In this document: positions 20,245 through 28,591 of the stretch, piece after piece | Layout of the letters: each line of letters begins with the position of its first letter | Position numbering within the stretch: position 1 is the first letter of the stretch | Origin: Abditibacterium sp. | GTDB lineage: Bacteria > Armatimonadota > Abditibacteriia > Abditibacteriales > Abditibacteriaceae | Reading direction: 5' to 3' | Length of the DNA stretch: 64,000 bases | Assembly (NCBI GenBank): GCA_965199495.1 | Contig: CBDASK010000003.1 | Location: forward strand, 4,064,001 to 4,128,000 | Position numbers and translations under genes: made by a program | The notes under the pieces: generated by a model | What the model was told of the DNA's origin: nothing | Database searches by the model: none | What the model saw: only the letters and a program-made list of their open reading frames with translations

Positions 20245-21159
20245 TTATCCATCCAGAAAGTAATCGGAATCTATGCTCTTTAGCTCATACAATCTTGTCG
20301 GCGAAACGCCGACGTTGTAATCAATCATCAATTTAGCCAAAGTTTCGCCATTGATAAGAACAACTTTGCTTTCAATCCTGTTGGCAAATTCTATGGCCGA
20401 ATCGGAAAACTCGGAAGTTGTAATGAACACTCCTTTTTTCGCGTGGTGACCTTGCAACGCTCCGGCAAACTTCTGGATTTCTGGGCGACTCACGTTTGAT
20501 TCCCACCTTTTGGCTTGAATATAAATCACATCAAGTCCAAGACGGTCTTCTTTAATAATCCCATCAATTCCGCCATCGCCACTTTTGCCTACGGCTTGCC
20601 CGGCGTCTTTACGCGAACCACCATAACCCATTTTCACCAACAAATCGACAACTAACTGCTCGAAAAAAGCAGGTGAACATGCCATTATTTGTTTGAGTAA
20701 CTCGCTCGCCAAATTATCGCGGATCATTTGGTAAGAGGTTTCAATGGCTTCTTCGGGCGTTTGCTCAATTTCGGGAATCGGTAGCTGGGCAACAGCCAGC
20801 TTATTCGTCGCTTTTCCTTTACTTTGGAACGCAACAAACTCCGGATACTGCTTCAAAAACTTCACGTTAATAAAGTCAGGATTTTGCTCAAGAACCTTCG
20901 CTCCTCGCTCGGTAATTCTAAAGTGTGAGCGGCGAGTCGCTTCGAGTAGGCCCGCCTTTTTGGTATAGGTGACGGCCCAACCAACACGACTTACAAAAGT
21001 CGCTTGTTGTCCACTGGGAAGTAACTCGGTTCTTTCCTGCTGCGTCAATTTAAAATAATCGGCTAAATTCTCGATAGTTTCTCGGAGTGAATGCTCATTT
21101 TTATCGCTGGCGAAACGCAGCAGAGGAAGCATGACAGATTGATAATCAGGAATGGCCAT
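20245..21159 (-). CDS. mrr: Mrr-family type IV restriction endonuclease
   Basis: MAIPDYQSVMLPLL N-terminus, SGDGGIDG, YIQAKRW, GVFITTS; AT-richer than its neighbours. Confidence 0.93.
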   Translation of the reverse strand: MAIPDYQSVMLPLLRFASDKNEHSLRETIENLADYFKLTQQERTELLPSGQQATFVSRVGWAVTYTKKAGLLEATRRSHFRITERGAKVLEQNPDFINVKFLKQYPEFVAFQSKGKATNKLAVAQLPIPEIEQTPEEAIETSYQMIRDNLASELLKQIMACSPAFFEQLVVDLLVKMGYGGSRKDAGQAVGKSGDGGIDGIIKEDRLGLDVIYIQAKRWESNVSRPEIQKFAGALQGHHAKKGVFITTSEFSDSAIEFANRIESKVVLINGETLAKLMIDYNVGVSPTRLYELKSIDSDYFLDG

Positions 21160-21198
21160 CAATCAAATTATGCTCGAATTCACGGGATTCTGCATTCG

Positions 21199-22116
21199 CT
21201 ACCCGCGCGCCAGTCGCAGCACTTGGTCAGCCACGCCGACCGACACTTCGACGCCCGCGTTCCATTCGATGAAGTCTTCGCACACGCCGTCGCCAAATAT
21301 CACGCCGCCTTGCGGCATTTGCGAAACCAAATCGAGCGTTTCGCCCTGCGCGATTTCGCCCGCGATAATATCGGCGCCCGAAGCCAAACTCTCGAATGGT
21401 TCGCGCACGCAAAACTCCAATTTGCGTGCGTCGGGCGCGAAACGATAATTGGCCTCGTTGGTGTCTTCGCCACACAACTTCGCCGCACCGCACACAATCG
21501 AGCGGCGCCAGCCAGTCGAACCGGCACCCGTCGAAACGATAACGCCGCTCGAAATCTGCGCTTCGCTCTGTCCCCGATACGAAATTTGATAGCGCGCCGC
21601 GACGTGGCTGCTGGCGCCGATAAACAAATCGTTGACCGCCAATATTTGCTGTCCGTCGGCAGTGCGCGCGCGTGCCATCGTCACATTTTGTATCGGCAGA
21701 TTATTATTTGCCAAGCGCTTCCAAACGAGGGGCGCATCGTTCAGGCGAAACGGCAGCAACACGCCATCAATATGACGCGGGTCGGGATTGAATGCGACGA
21801 CGGTTTGGCCGCGCAGATACTTCGCTAAATTCACGACCAAACCATCCGGCCCCAACGCGACGACGGTATCTCCGTCGCCGAATTGAAACATCGGCAAATT
21901 CTCGCGCTCAATCCATTGCGTGCGGGTGCCGCGCGGCAATTCGGCTTTGAGTTGCTCGCACGCGTTTTTGTAGGTTTCGTGCTGCGATTCGTAGCGCCCA
22001 AAATTTTGGCCGAGATGTTCGATATAAAAGCGCGCTTGCTCGCGCGTATTGTATCGTTCGATTAATGCTTCGAGCGGTGTCTTTTTGGTGACGACAACTA
22101 TTTTTTCGAGTGCCAT
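21199..22116 (-). CDS. Divergent NAD-kinase-like protein
   Basis: ALGPDGL (GGDG-like), AVNDLFI (NE/D), SSGVIVSTGAGSTGW (TPTGSTAY-like); GGAG SD upstream. Confidence 0.82.
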   Translation of the reverse strand: MALEKIVVVTKKTPLEALIERYNTREQARFYIEHLGQNFGRYESQHETYKNACEQLKAELPRGTRTQWIERENLPMFQFGDGDTVVALGPDGLVVNLAKYLRGQTVVAFNPDPRHIDGVLLPFRLNDAPLVWKRLANNNLPIQNVTMARARTADGQQILAVNDLFIGASSHVAARYQISYRGQSEAQISSGVIVSTGAGSTGWRRSIVCGAAKLCGEDTNEANYRFAPDARKLEFCVREPFESLASGADIIAGEIAQGETLDLVSQMPQGGVIFGDGVCEDFIEWNAGVEVSVGVADQVLRLARG

Positions 22117-22132
22117 AATGAAACTCCTTTTA

Positions 22133-22263
22133 TTAGTCGCTTTCTTCTCGTAGAGACACCGACTTGTCGTGTCTTTAAGACTGTTGAATTCACGATAAAT
22201 CGAAGCAATTATTGCGTTCTTAGACACGACAAGTCGGTGTCTCTACGAGAAGAAAGCGACTAA
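22133..22263. repeat. GTAG-type REP doublet, copy 3 (core 22150-22246), extended to perfect 42-bp arms
   Basis: Arms 22133-22174 and 22222-22263. Confidence 0.88.
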
Positions 22264-23078
22264 CCTTGATCTTCGTTGAACTGTTTCTCGAACGGCTCGA
22301 AGTTTCCCTGCCGCAATCCGACATCTAAAACCGCAAACAAGAGCAACTCGAATTGTCCATCGTATTTTTCGGCGACTTCGCCAAACGCGTGCGCAACCAT
22401 CGTCGGATCGTTTTTAAAGGCGCCGCAACCCCAAGCGCCCAAAACCAACGCTTTGTGTCCATTTGACACAGCGATATCGAAAACTCTCGCGATGCGCGCG
22501 CGCCACAATTCGCGCAACTCGGCGAGCGGCATCGCTAAACCGTTATTCAGGTTGGGCGCCGCCGCCGTAATAATCGAACAGGGCCACGGCGCGCACAAAT
22601 TATCGAACTCGTCGCGAATTACAGCCACGTCGGGCGAGTAGAGCATCATATCGGAATAGCGTGGCGCGCGATGCGTTTGGTGATAGTTGTAAAACTCGCG
22701 TTGCGCGCCAATGCACTGCGCCAAAACCGAGTTGCGGCACAGATATTCTTCCTGCGCGCGCGCACCGTTGAGCCAGCCGCCGCCAACATTGGTCGCCGAA
22801 GCGAAATTGAGCGATGCCGCGTTTTTGCCCGCGTCGAACAGACGGCGCGCCGCGCTAAACGTCGTTTCGTTGGTGACTTCGATGCGCGTCGTAAATTTCG
22901 CTTCGCCCAAAGTTTCGGGTTTCCAATCGGGCGCATAAATCCGCGTTTGGTTGGTGGCATTCTCGATATCGGCTTCGATGTCGTGCGCGTGGCTGCTTGC
23001 ATCGGTATAGAATCCGTCGCGTGTAATTTGTGCGGTTTCGCGCGCGATTTCGGCGGCGCGTGAGCGTGAAATATTCAT
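22260..23078 (-). CDS. Microbial PARG-type macrodomain (TIGR02452/DUF2263 family)
   Basis: LNFASA..VGGGWLNGARAQEEYLCR (GGG-x6-QEE signature), LVLGAWGCGAF. Confidence 0.9.
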   Translation of the reverse strand: MNISRSRAAEIARETAQITRDGFYTDASSHAHDIEADIENATNQTRIYAPDWKPETLGEAKFTTRIEVTNETTFSAARRLFDAGKNAASLNFASATNVGGGWLNGARAQEEYLCRNSVLAQCIGAQREFYNYHQTHRAPRYSDMMLYSPDVAVIRDEFDNLCAPWPCSIITAAAPNLNNGLAMPLAELRELWRARIARVFDIAVSNGHKALVLGAWGCGAFKNDPTMVAHAFGEVAEKYDGQFELLLFAVLDVGLRQGNFEPFEKQFNEDQG

Positions 23079-23095
23079 TTTGTCTTTATTTTTTC

Positions 23096-23191
23096 GTAGA
23101 GACACCGACTTGTCGTGTCTAAAATGTTCGAGTTTCCGCGAAGCTTTGCGGGTTCATTCACGTTTTAGACACGACAAGTCTGTGTCTCTAC
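23096..23191. repeat. GTAG-type REP doublet, copy 4
   Basis: GTAGAGACACCGACTTGTCGTGTCT ... AGACACGACAAGTCTGTGTCTCTAC; 96 bp. Confidence 0.85.
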
Positions 23192-23205
23192 AAATCCGGT
23201 ATCCG

Positions 23206-24108
23206 TTAATTTTTCCCGTCCAGTAAAGCCGCTAAAATCTCCGAAGTCACCGTCAAATTGCCGATGCGTCCGGCGTTTTTGCCCAGTTCCTGCATCGCCA
23301 AAGCGGTCATCATGCGCGGGTCTAAACCATTGTAAGCGGCCAATTGCAACTGCACGGCACGCGCCGTTCCTTGCGCTTCGCGCTCGGCGGCTTCGCCGCG
23401 ATTGGTCGCTTCGGCCAGCTGATTCTCGCTTTCCAGCTCGATCAAATTGCGCCGCCGCTCTTCGAGTGCGATGTCGGTCGCCAATTCATTTTCCTTGATG
23501 ACGCGCTCTTCTTCGATGGCCGCCGCGCGCCGCGCATAAGTCGCTTCATCAGCCTGACGCAACAGAGTTTCGCGATAAGTCGCCTCCAGCGCGCGCGCGA
23601 CTTCGGGCGTTGGCTTGGCCGAAATCACGAAAACGCTCAGCAATTCGACGCCCAATTCGACTAATCGCACGTCGTCGCGCAAGCGATTCATCACGGCGGC
23701 GCCGATGGCTCCGCTCGAAATCAGCGTCTGTTCGAGCGTGCGATTCGAGATTTCAACGCGCGTCGCCGCCTGAATGATGTTGGTCACACGCTGTGGCAAA
23801 CGCTCCGGGTCTTGCGACAAATAGGCGCGCGTGCGCGGATTCACCGCGAAGTTGAGTAAGGCGCTGGCTTGCCGTGGCTCCAATATGCGATAGGTGCATT
23901 GGCCCTGCAACGTCACCGACTGAAAATTATTGGTGACCTCGTTGAAAACCCACGGCACATCGCGGCTCGAAAGCGGCACCAGAACGATTTCCGTATTGTG
24001 CTGGAGATAAGTGAAGCTCAAGCCCGTGCCCTCGCGGCGCATTTTGCCGCCCGCGTAATGGCGCACCCATTCGGTCGGTTGCGCCTTGAAAAATCCGATG
24101 TCAAACAT
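23206..24108 (-). CDS. SPFH/Band-7 domain protein
   Basis: FQSVTLQGQCTYRI, LGVELLSV...P.PEVARALE, followed by an Ala/Glu-rich coiled coil. Confidence 0.85.
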   Translation of the reverse strand: MFDIGFFKAQPTEWVRHYAGGKMRREGTGLSFTYLQHNTEIVLVPLSSRDVPWVFNEVTNNFQSVTLQGQCTYRILEPRQASALLNFAVNPRTRAYLSQDPERLPQRVTNIIQAATRVEISNRTLEQTLISSGAIGAAVMNRLRDDVRLVELGVELLSVFVISAKPTPEVARALEATYRETLLRQADEATYARRAAAIEEERVIKENELATDIALEERRRNLIELESENQLAEATNRGEAAEREAQGTARAVQLQLAAYNGLDPRMMTALAMQELGKNAGRIGNLTVTSEILAALLDGKN

Positions 24109-24122
24109 AATTAGTTTTATCT

Positions 24123-24143
24123 CCTGTGTAAATACCACACTAA
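24123..24143. promoter_or_regulatory. NrtR-type box upstream of the SPFH gene
   Basis: CCTGTGT-AAATACC-ACACTAA (GT-N7-AC core). Confidence 0.7.
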
Positions 24144-24610
24144 CTCGATTCGCCAAAGCGAACGATGATGATTTGCAATTCTGTGTCTGCGCTTTGTATT
24201 TCTTCGCTCATCCAGCGCAGCGATTTATCTGGCCCGATTCCGCCAGTCCCCGCTCCGATGAGCGGAAAAGCCAGCGAATTCAATTTCATTTCGCGCGCCA
24301 GTCGCAGCGCGTTCGAGGTAGATCGGCGAATCGAAAGTTCGCTCGCCGTCCACGTCCATTGCAATCCTGCGACGTGAATAATGGTTTGGAACGGCAACTT
24401 CCCGGCGCCCGTGGCTACGGCTTGGCCGAGTTGTAACGTGCCGAATTTTCTTAATTCGCGGAACGGCTCCCAGCCCGCGCGCTTTTTGATGGCGCCCGAA
24501 ACTCCATGCGGCCAGAGCAGCCACGGCGGAATAAAGTTGCGATTCCACGGGTTGACGATGGCTTCGACGCTTTGGTCGAGCAGGTCGCCGGTTAAGATTT
24601 GAAGTGGCAT
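24140..24610 (-). CDS. Macrodomain protein (divergent, lacks the usual GGG loop)
   Basis: GDLL...AIVNPWN...HGVSGAIKKRAG, AVATGAGKL, IIHVAG, SLAFPLIGAGTGG. Confidence 0.88.
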   Translation of the reverse strand: MPLQILTGDLLDQSVEAIVNPWNRNFIPPWLLWPHGVSGAIKKRAGWEPFRELRKFGTLQLGQAVATGAGKLPFQTIIHVAGLQWTWTASELSIRRSTSNALRLAREMKLNSLAFPLIGAGTGGIGPDKSLRWMSEEIQSADTELQIIIVRFGESS

Positions 24611-24657
24611 TTTGTTGGTTAATCGAGGGGAAAATCGAGCTTATGTTTTAAGGATGT

Positions 24658-24888
24658 AGTTTGAGAATGAGGCGATTATAACTCACACCCCCTCTGCCTT
24701 CGCACTGCCCAAAGGGCGCCCACCCCCTCCGAGAGGGGAAGAATACCTCATAAAGTAAAAGAGCTATCTTGATGGGTACGAAGCGGCGAAGTTACTGAGG
24801 TATTCTTCCCCTCTCGGAGGGGGTGGGCGCCCTTTGGGCAGTGCGAAGGCAGAGGGGGTGTGGGTTATAATCGCCTCATTCTCAAACT
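24658..24888. repeat. 93-bp-arm inverted repeat (1 mismatch), MITE/REP-like
   Basis: Arms 24658-24750 and 24796-24888; internal CCCCTCCGAGAGGGG palindrome. Confidence 0.9.
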
Positions 24889-24897
24889 GTTCTGATT

Positions 24898-25365
24898 TCA
24901 AATTTCCACCTCGGCGCGCAATTCTTCGCGCACTTCCATCAGAATAATGCCCAGCATATTCTTGCCGTCGCCGCGCGAACCGATGCCCCAGTAATAATCG
25001 CCGGGCGCGTTTTCGATGATTTCGGCATCGCCCGTTCCCAACAAAATCTCGCGAATATCTTCGTGTTGCTCGAACTTCGCCTTGACCGCGCGGCGCATCA
25101 CGTCGTCCTTGACGGATTCCCAATCGTCGCGCAGTGGCCGCTTGCGCTCGCGTCCCATATTCGCGGCGTTTTTAGGCGAATTCGCACGGCGAATGGCGTC
25201 TTCATGCGGCGTGCCGACGAACTTTTGCGCCTGTAAGTAATGCTCGGTCGTCGGCCACGACTGGCCATCCAAATTGATCCAGTGCGCCGAAAAATTGGAA
25301 AAGCAACCGTAAAAATCTTTGGTGCCGTAAAACAGAATCGGATTGGTTTGGTTCATTTGATTCAT
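24898..25365 (-). CDS. NADAR (YbiA-like) family hydrolase
   Basis: FSNF, WPTTEHYLQAQKF, AKFEQH, YWGIG..GDGKNMLG. Confidence 0.93.
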   Translation of the reverse strand: MNQMNQTNPILFYGTKDFYGCFSNFSAHWINLDGQSWPTTEHYLQAQKFVGTPHEDAIRRANSPKNAANMGRERKRPLRDDWESVKDDVMRRAVKAKFEQHEDIREILLGTGDAEIIENAPGDYYWGIGSRGDGKNMLGIILMEVREELRAEVEI

Positions 25366-25366
25366 C

Positions 25367-25387
25367 TCCGTGTGAATTTCACACTAT
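25367..25387. promoter_or_regulatory. NrtR-type box upstream of the NADAR gene
   Basis: TCCGTGT-GAATTTC-ACACTAT. Confidence 0.7.
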
Positions 25388-25409
25388 CTCTCGCGATTAA
25401 AAATCGCGT

Positions 25410-26102
25410 TCAAAACGTTTTCGCCCGCCGTTTCTTCCAGCGAAACAGTTGCGCTGGCCGGTGCGCACCTCCCGAATATTTGTCTGTCGCTTCGACTAAG
25501 CCGAGCGCTAAAACGCGTTTGCGGAAATTACGTTTATCCAAAGCGCGTCCCAGAATAATTTCGTAGACGCGTTGCAACTCGCTCAATCGAAATCGCGCGG
25601 GCAATAAGCCGTAAGCGACGTTGGAATATTCGATTTTCGCTTTCAATCGTTCGATGCCGATTTCGACGATTTCGTTGTGATCGAAAGCCAACGCGGGCAA
25701 TTCGTCAACCGCAAACCACGAGGCATCGGACGCATCGGTGTCGGCGCGCAAAGTCAGATGTTCGCCGGGCACGAGCGCGAAATAAACGATGGTAATGACG
25801 CGCGTTCGCGGATCGCGATTGGGCTGCCCGAACGTGTAAAGCTGCTCCAAAAACACATCGCGCACGCCGGTTTCCTCCTCGATTTCGCGGCGCGCGGCCT
25901 CTTCCAATTCTTCGTCCATGCGCACAAAGCCACCGGGAATCGCCCAGCGATTTTTGAACGGTTCGATGCCACGCTTGATTAAAGCCAATTGCAACTTCCC
26001 TTCGCGAATCGTGAACAGCAAGGCATCCACCGTCACGGCGGGCCGCGCGTAACCTTCGATGCTGTCGGCATTTGGCGTGGCGCTTGGTTGACTTTGTGTC
26101 AT
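25410..26102 (-). CDS. nrtR: NrtR Nudix-wHTH ADP-ribose-responsive regulator
   Basis: Nudix box GGFVRMDEELEEAARREIEEETG, RDPR, LAFDH; wHTH FRLSELQRVYE...DKRNFRKR...HRPAQLF. Confidence 0.93.
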   Translation of the reverse strand: MTQSQPSATPNADSIEGYARPAVTVDALLFTIREGKLQLALIKRGIEPFKNRWAIPGGFVRMDEELEEAARREIEEETGVRDVFLEQLYTFGQPNRDPRTRVITIVYFALVPGEHLTLRADTDASDASWFAVDELPALAFDHNEIVEIGIERLKAKIEYSNVAYGLLPARFRLSELQRVYEIILGRALDKRNFRKRVLALGLVEATDKYSGGAHRPAQLFRWKKRRAKTF

Positions 26103-26113
26103 ATCTACACTAA
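26093..26113. promoter_or_regulatory. NrtR-type box overlapping the nrtR start codon
   Basis: TTTGTGT-CATATCT-ACACTAA. Confidence 0.75.
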
Positions 26114-26142
26114 ATCTTAATGGATTGATTCGACTTGTGCAA
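26114..26142 (-). promoter_or_regulatory. Sigma70-like promoter of the nrtR operon
   Basis: Minus strand TTGCAC-N17-TAAGAT directly abutting the box. Confidence 0.65.
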
Positions 26143-26356
26143 GAGGGGAGGCGATAAATTTCGCCTCAACGCGAGTTTTCGGGTGTCGAACGGCTGTTTT
26201 CTTCGGCAAATGCCAAATACCGGTAAAATATATTTGTCAGAAATCAGAAAGAAACGGCATCGGAAAATCGCGGTTCTTGCTTGTCTTGCTTGAGGCATTT
26301 CATCGAAACCGGAAATTGGCTCTGTTTATGCCTTTCCCGTTTGTCGAACAAATCAC

Positions 26357-28318
26357 ATGAATAATTTGAGTTACGCCGCTTTGTGCGGTCTTTTGGTAGC
26401 GGGCTTCGCGATTCGGGCGCCGCAGGCGCGCGCGTTAAATGGCGAGAGTGCGCCCGCAGGTGCGCCCACAACCGCGACAGGTTCGACGGCAAAGTTTTCC
26501 GTGCCGGTTGATTTCTTCGAGGATGGCGTGGGGGCATGGACGCGCAACGATAAAACCAAGTCGGGTTTATCGGATATTGTGACGACGGCTCCGGGCGCGA
26601 CGGCGACTTCCAAAACGGCGGCGCGCCTGAGTTTTAAAAGCGCGACCGCTTCGTGGGCGAGCATTTCTCGTCCCGTGGATGGCACGAGTTGGGCGCGCAT
26701 CGGCGCGCGCGAGTTGGTGTTTTCGCTCAACGGCAGCGGCGATACCAAAGGCGTGGATTTGCAGTTGCGCGCCAAAATCGGCGATAGCGATACGGTTTAT
26801 TCGTTGCCGTTGCCAGTCAAAATCAACAACACCAAATGGCGCACCGTTGTTGTGCCACTCGCCGAATTCAAAAATGCCAAAGGCGAGCCGGTGACCGAGC
26901 AACTGGACAACGTTTATCTGTTGCAATTCGCGCAGAGCGGCGATTGGAGTTCGCGTTTTTTCGATATAGACGATATGCTGGTGCGCGGCAACGGCGTGCC
27001 GATTGCGCCCAAGGCGGCGCCCATCGCCGGGACAACGGCTCCTGACACTTCGACGGCACCAAGTGCGCCCGCTTTGCCGACGGGCGCCGTTGCGGTCAAC
27101 GTGGATTTCAAACGCGTCGCGGGCACGATTCGCGCTTCGGCCAACGTTGCGGTGATGGCACCTTACGAGGCGACCAACACGCAATCGCTGGAATTGTCGC
27201 AGGCCTATCGCGAGGCGCTGGCGACGCTCAGCCCCAAGTTCGTGCGACTCGACGTGGCTGCTCTGGCCGACCTGACCGATTCATCGCGTCCGGCCTTCAA
27301 CTTTACGCGTTTGGTGAGCGCGGTCAAGCGCGCCCGCGCCGTGGGCGCCGAGCCGCTCATCGCGATCACCAATCCCAACGAGTGGGGTTTGGACGCCAAA
27401 GGTTACGGCGTGTTGGCGGCTTCGGCGGCCCGCGCGCTCAATCCGCAGGGTGGTGCTCTGGCGCGCTATTTCGAGATGGCGATTTGGAGCAACGATGTCA
27501 AAGCCAGCGACGCCGTGGCGTTTTACAATGCGGGTTATAGCGGCGTGAAAGGCGTCAGCGCTCGGCTCATCGTGGGCGGCTACGGCGCTCCGGCGGGTGA
27601 CGTGGCCAGCCAAAAGGCGATTTTGGGCGGCGCCAAAGGTTTGGATTTTCTGTCGAGCCGTTACTATTCCGCCAATAGCGGCACGCCCAGCGACAGCGCG
27701 TTACTGGCCGATGCGCGCACCGTGACCGATTTGAAGACCGCCGCCGGCCTGCTCGACAGAAGCCGCTTCAAGCGCGCGCCGCTTTATGTGACGAGCGCCA
27801 ATCTGTCCAACGCGCGCAATGCGGGCGATTTCGTGCCCTCGGACAATCGTCTGATCGGCCCGTTGGCGGGCGCGTGGTGGGCGCAGTTCATGGGTTCGGG
27901 TTCAAGATTGGCCGATCAGATTTTTCATAACGACGCGACCAATCCCGAATGGGGACTTTTGCTGGTAGACAGCAAAGCTCAGGCATTTCCCGCCTATTAC
28001 TCGATGTATCTGTGGAATACCTACATGGGCGGCGGCACGCAACGCGTGGTGGCCGATAGCGCCAACGACGCGGTTTACGCGGCGGCGACCAATACCAAAA
28101 CCGCGCACAACTTGCTTTTGGTCAATACGACAGCTCTGCCGCAGGTCGCGCAGGTCGGCATTCGCGGATTCCCGACGCTTCGTCAGGTGCGCATGCACAC
28201 CAACGACGATCCCAAAGCGGGCATCCGCACGGTGAAACTGCCCAATAGCCCGTTTCAGACGTTGCGATTGTTGCCGTATAGCGTCAACGTTGTGCAGTTC
28301 ATCGAACCACCGAAATAA
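26357..28318 (+). CDS. Secreted protein: CBM11/CIA30-like carbohydrate-binding domain plus GH39-like TIM-barrel domain
   Basis: Signal peptide; WRTVVVPLAEF...FDIDDM; Pro/Ala linker; FNFTRL, LIVGG, LDFLS, PLYVT, WGLL...PAYY. Confidence 0.7.
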   Translation: MNNLSYAALCGLLVAGFAIRAPQARALNGESAPAGAPTTATGSTAKFSVPVDFFEDGVGAWTRNDKTKSGLSDIVTTAPGATATSKTAARLSFKSATASWASISRPVDGTSWARIGARELVFSLNGSGDTKGVDLQLRAKIGDSDTVYSLPLPVKINNTKWRTVVVPLAEFKNAKGEPVTEQLDNVYLLQFAQSGDWSSRFFDIDDMLVRGNGVPIAPKAAPIAGTTAPDTSTAPSAPALPTGAVAVNVDFKRVAGTIRASANVAVMAPYEATNTQSLELSQAYREALATLSPKFVRLDVAALADLTDSSRPAFNFTRLVSAVKRARAVGAEPLIAITNPNEWGLDAKGYGVLAASAARALNPQGGALARYFEMAIWSNDVKASDAVAFYNAGYSGVKGVSARLIVGGYGAPAGDVASQKAILGGAKGLDFLSSRYYSANSGTPSDSALLADARTVTDLKTAAGLLDRSRFKRAPLYVTSANLSNARNAGDFVPSDNRLIGPLAGAWWAQFMGSGSRLADQIFHNDATNPEWGLLLVDSKAQAFPAYYSMYLWNTYMGGGTQRVVADSANDAVYAAATNTKTAHNLLLVNTTALPQVAQVGIRGFPTLRQVRMHTNDDPKAGIRTVKLPNSPFQTLRLLPYSVNVVQFIEPPK

Positions 28319-28341
28319 AAACGTTGGAAGTTGAAACAGAA

Positions 28342-28377
28342 AAAGGCGCGGACATTAATTTTGATGTCCGCGCCTTT
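28342..28377 (+). terminator. Intrinsic terminator-like hairpin
   Basis: AAAGGCGCGGACAT..ATGTCCGCGCCTTT after the stop codon. Confidence 0.7.
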
Positions 28378-28447
28378 CCATTTCTGACGCCCAAAATTTG
28401 ACTGCTAATGTCTAAATTCCAACTTCTACTTCTCCCCGCAATTCCCC

Positions 28448-28476
28448 TTGTATTATAAGGAGGGATATGGTATAAT
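28448..28476 (+). promoter_or_regulatory. gyrBA promoter
   Basis: TTGTAT-N17-TATAAT with extended TGn. Confidence 0.75.
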
Positions 28477-28591
28477 TTATTTCAGTGAAAGCGCGCCGAA
28501 GTTGGGATTTAATGGTTCCCGCGACGCGCTTTTTTGCTGTGCGCTTGAAGACTGAAAAAATCTTGGAAGGGCACTCAAAGGATCACTTTAT

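Noticed and set aside
22117..22227. Longer N-termini for the kinase-like ORF (and for PARG at 23079-23105)
   Set aside because: The extensions run through REP elements; the downstream ATGs (22116, 23078) are better starts.
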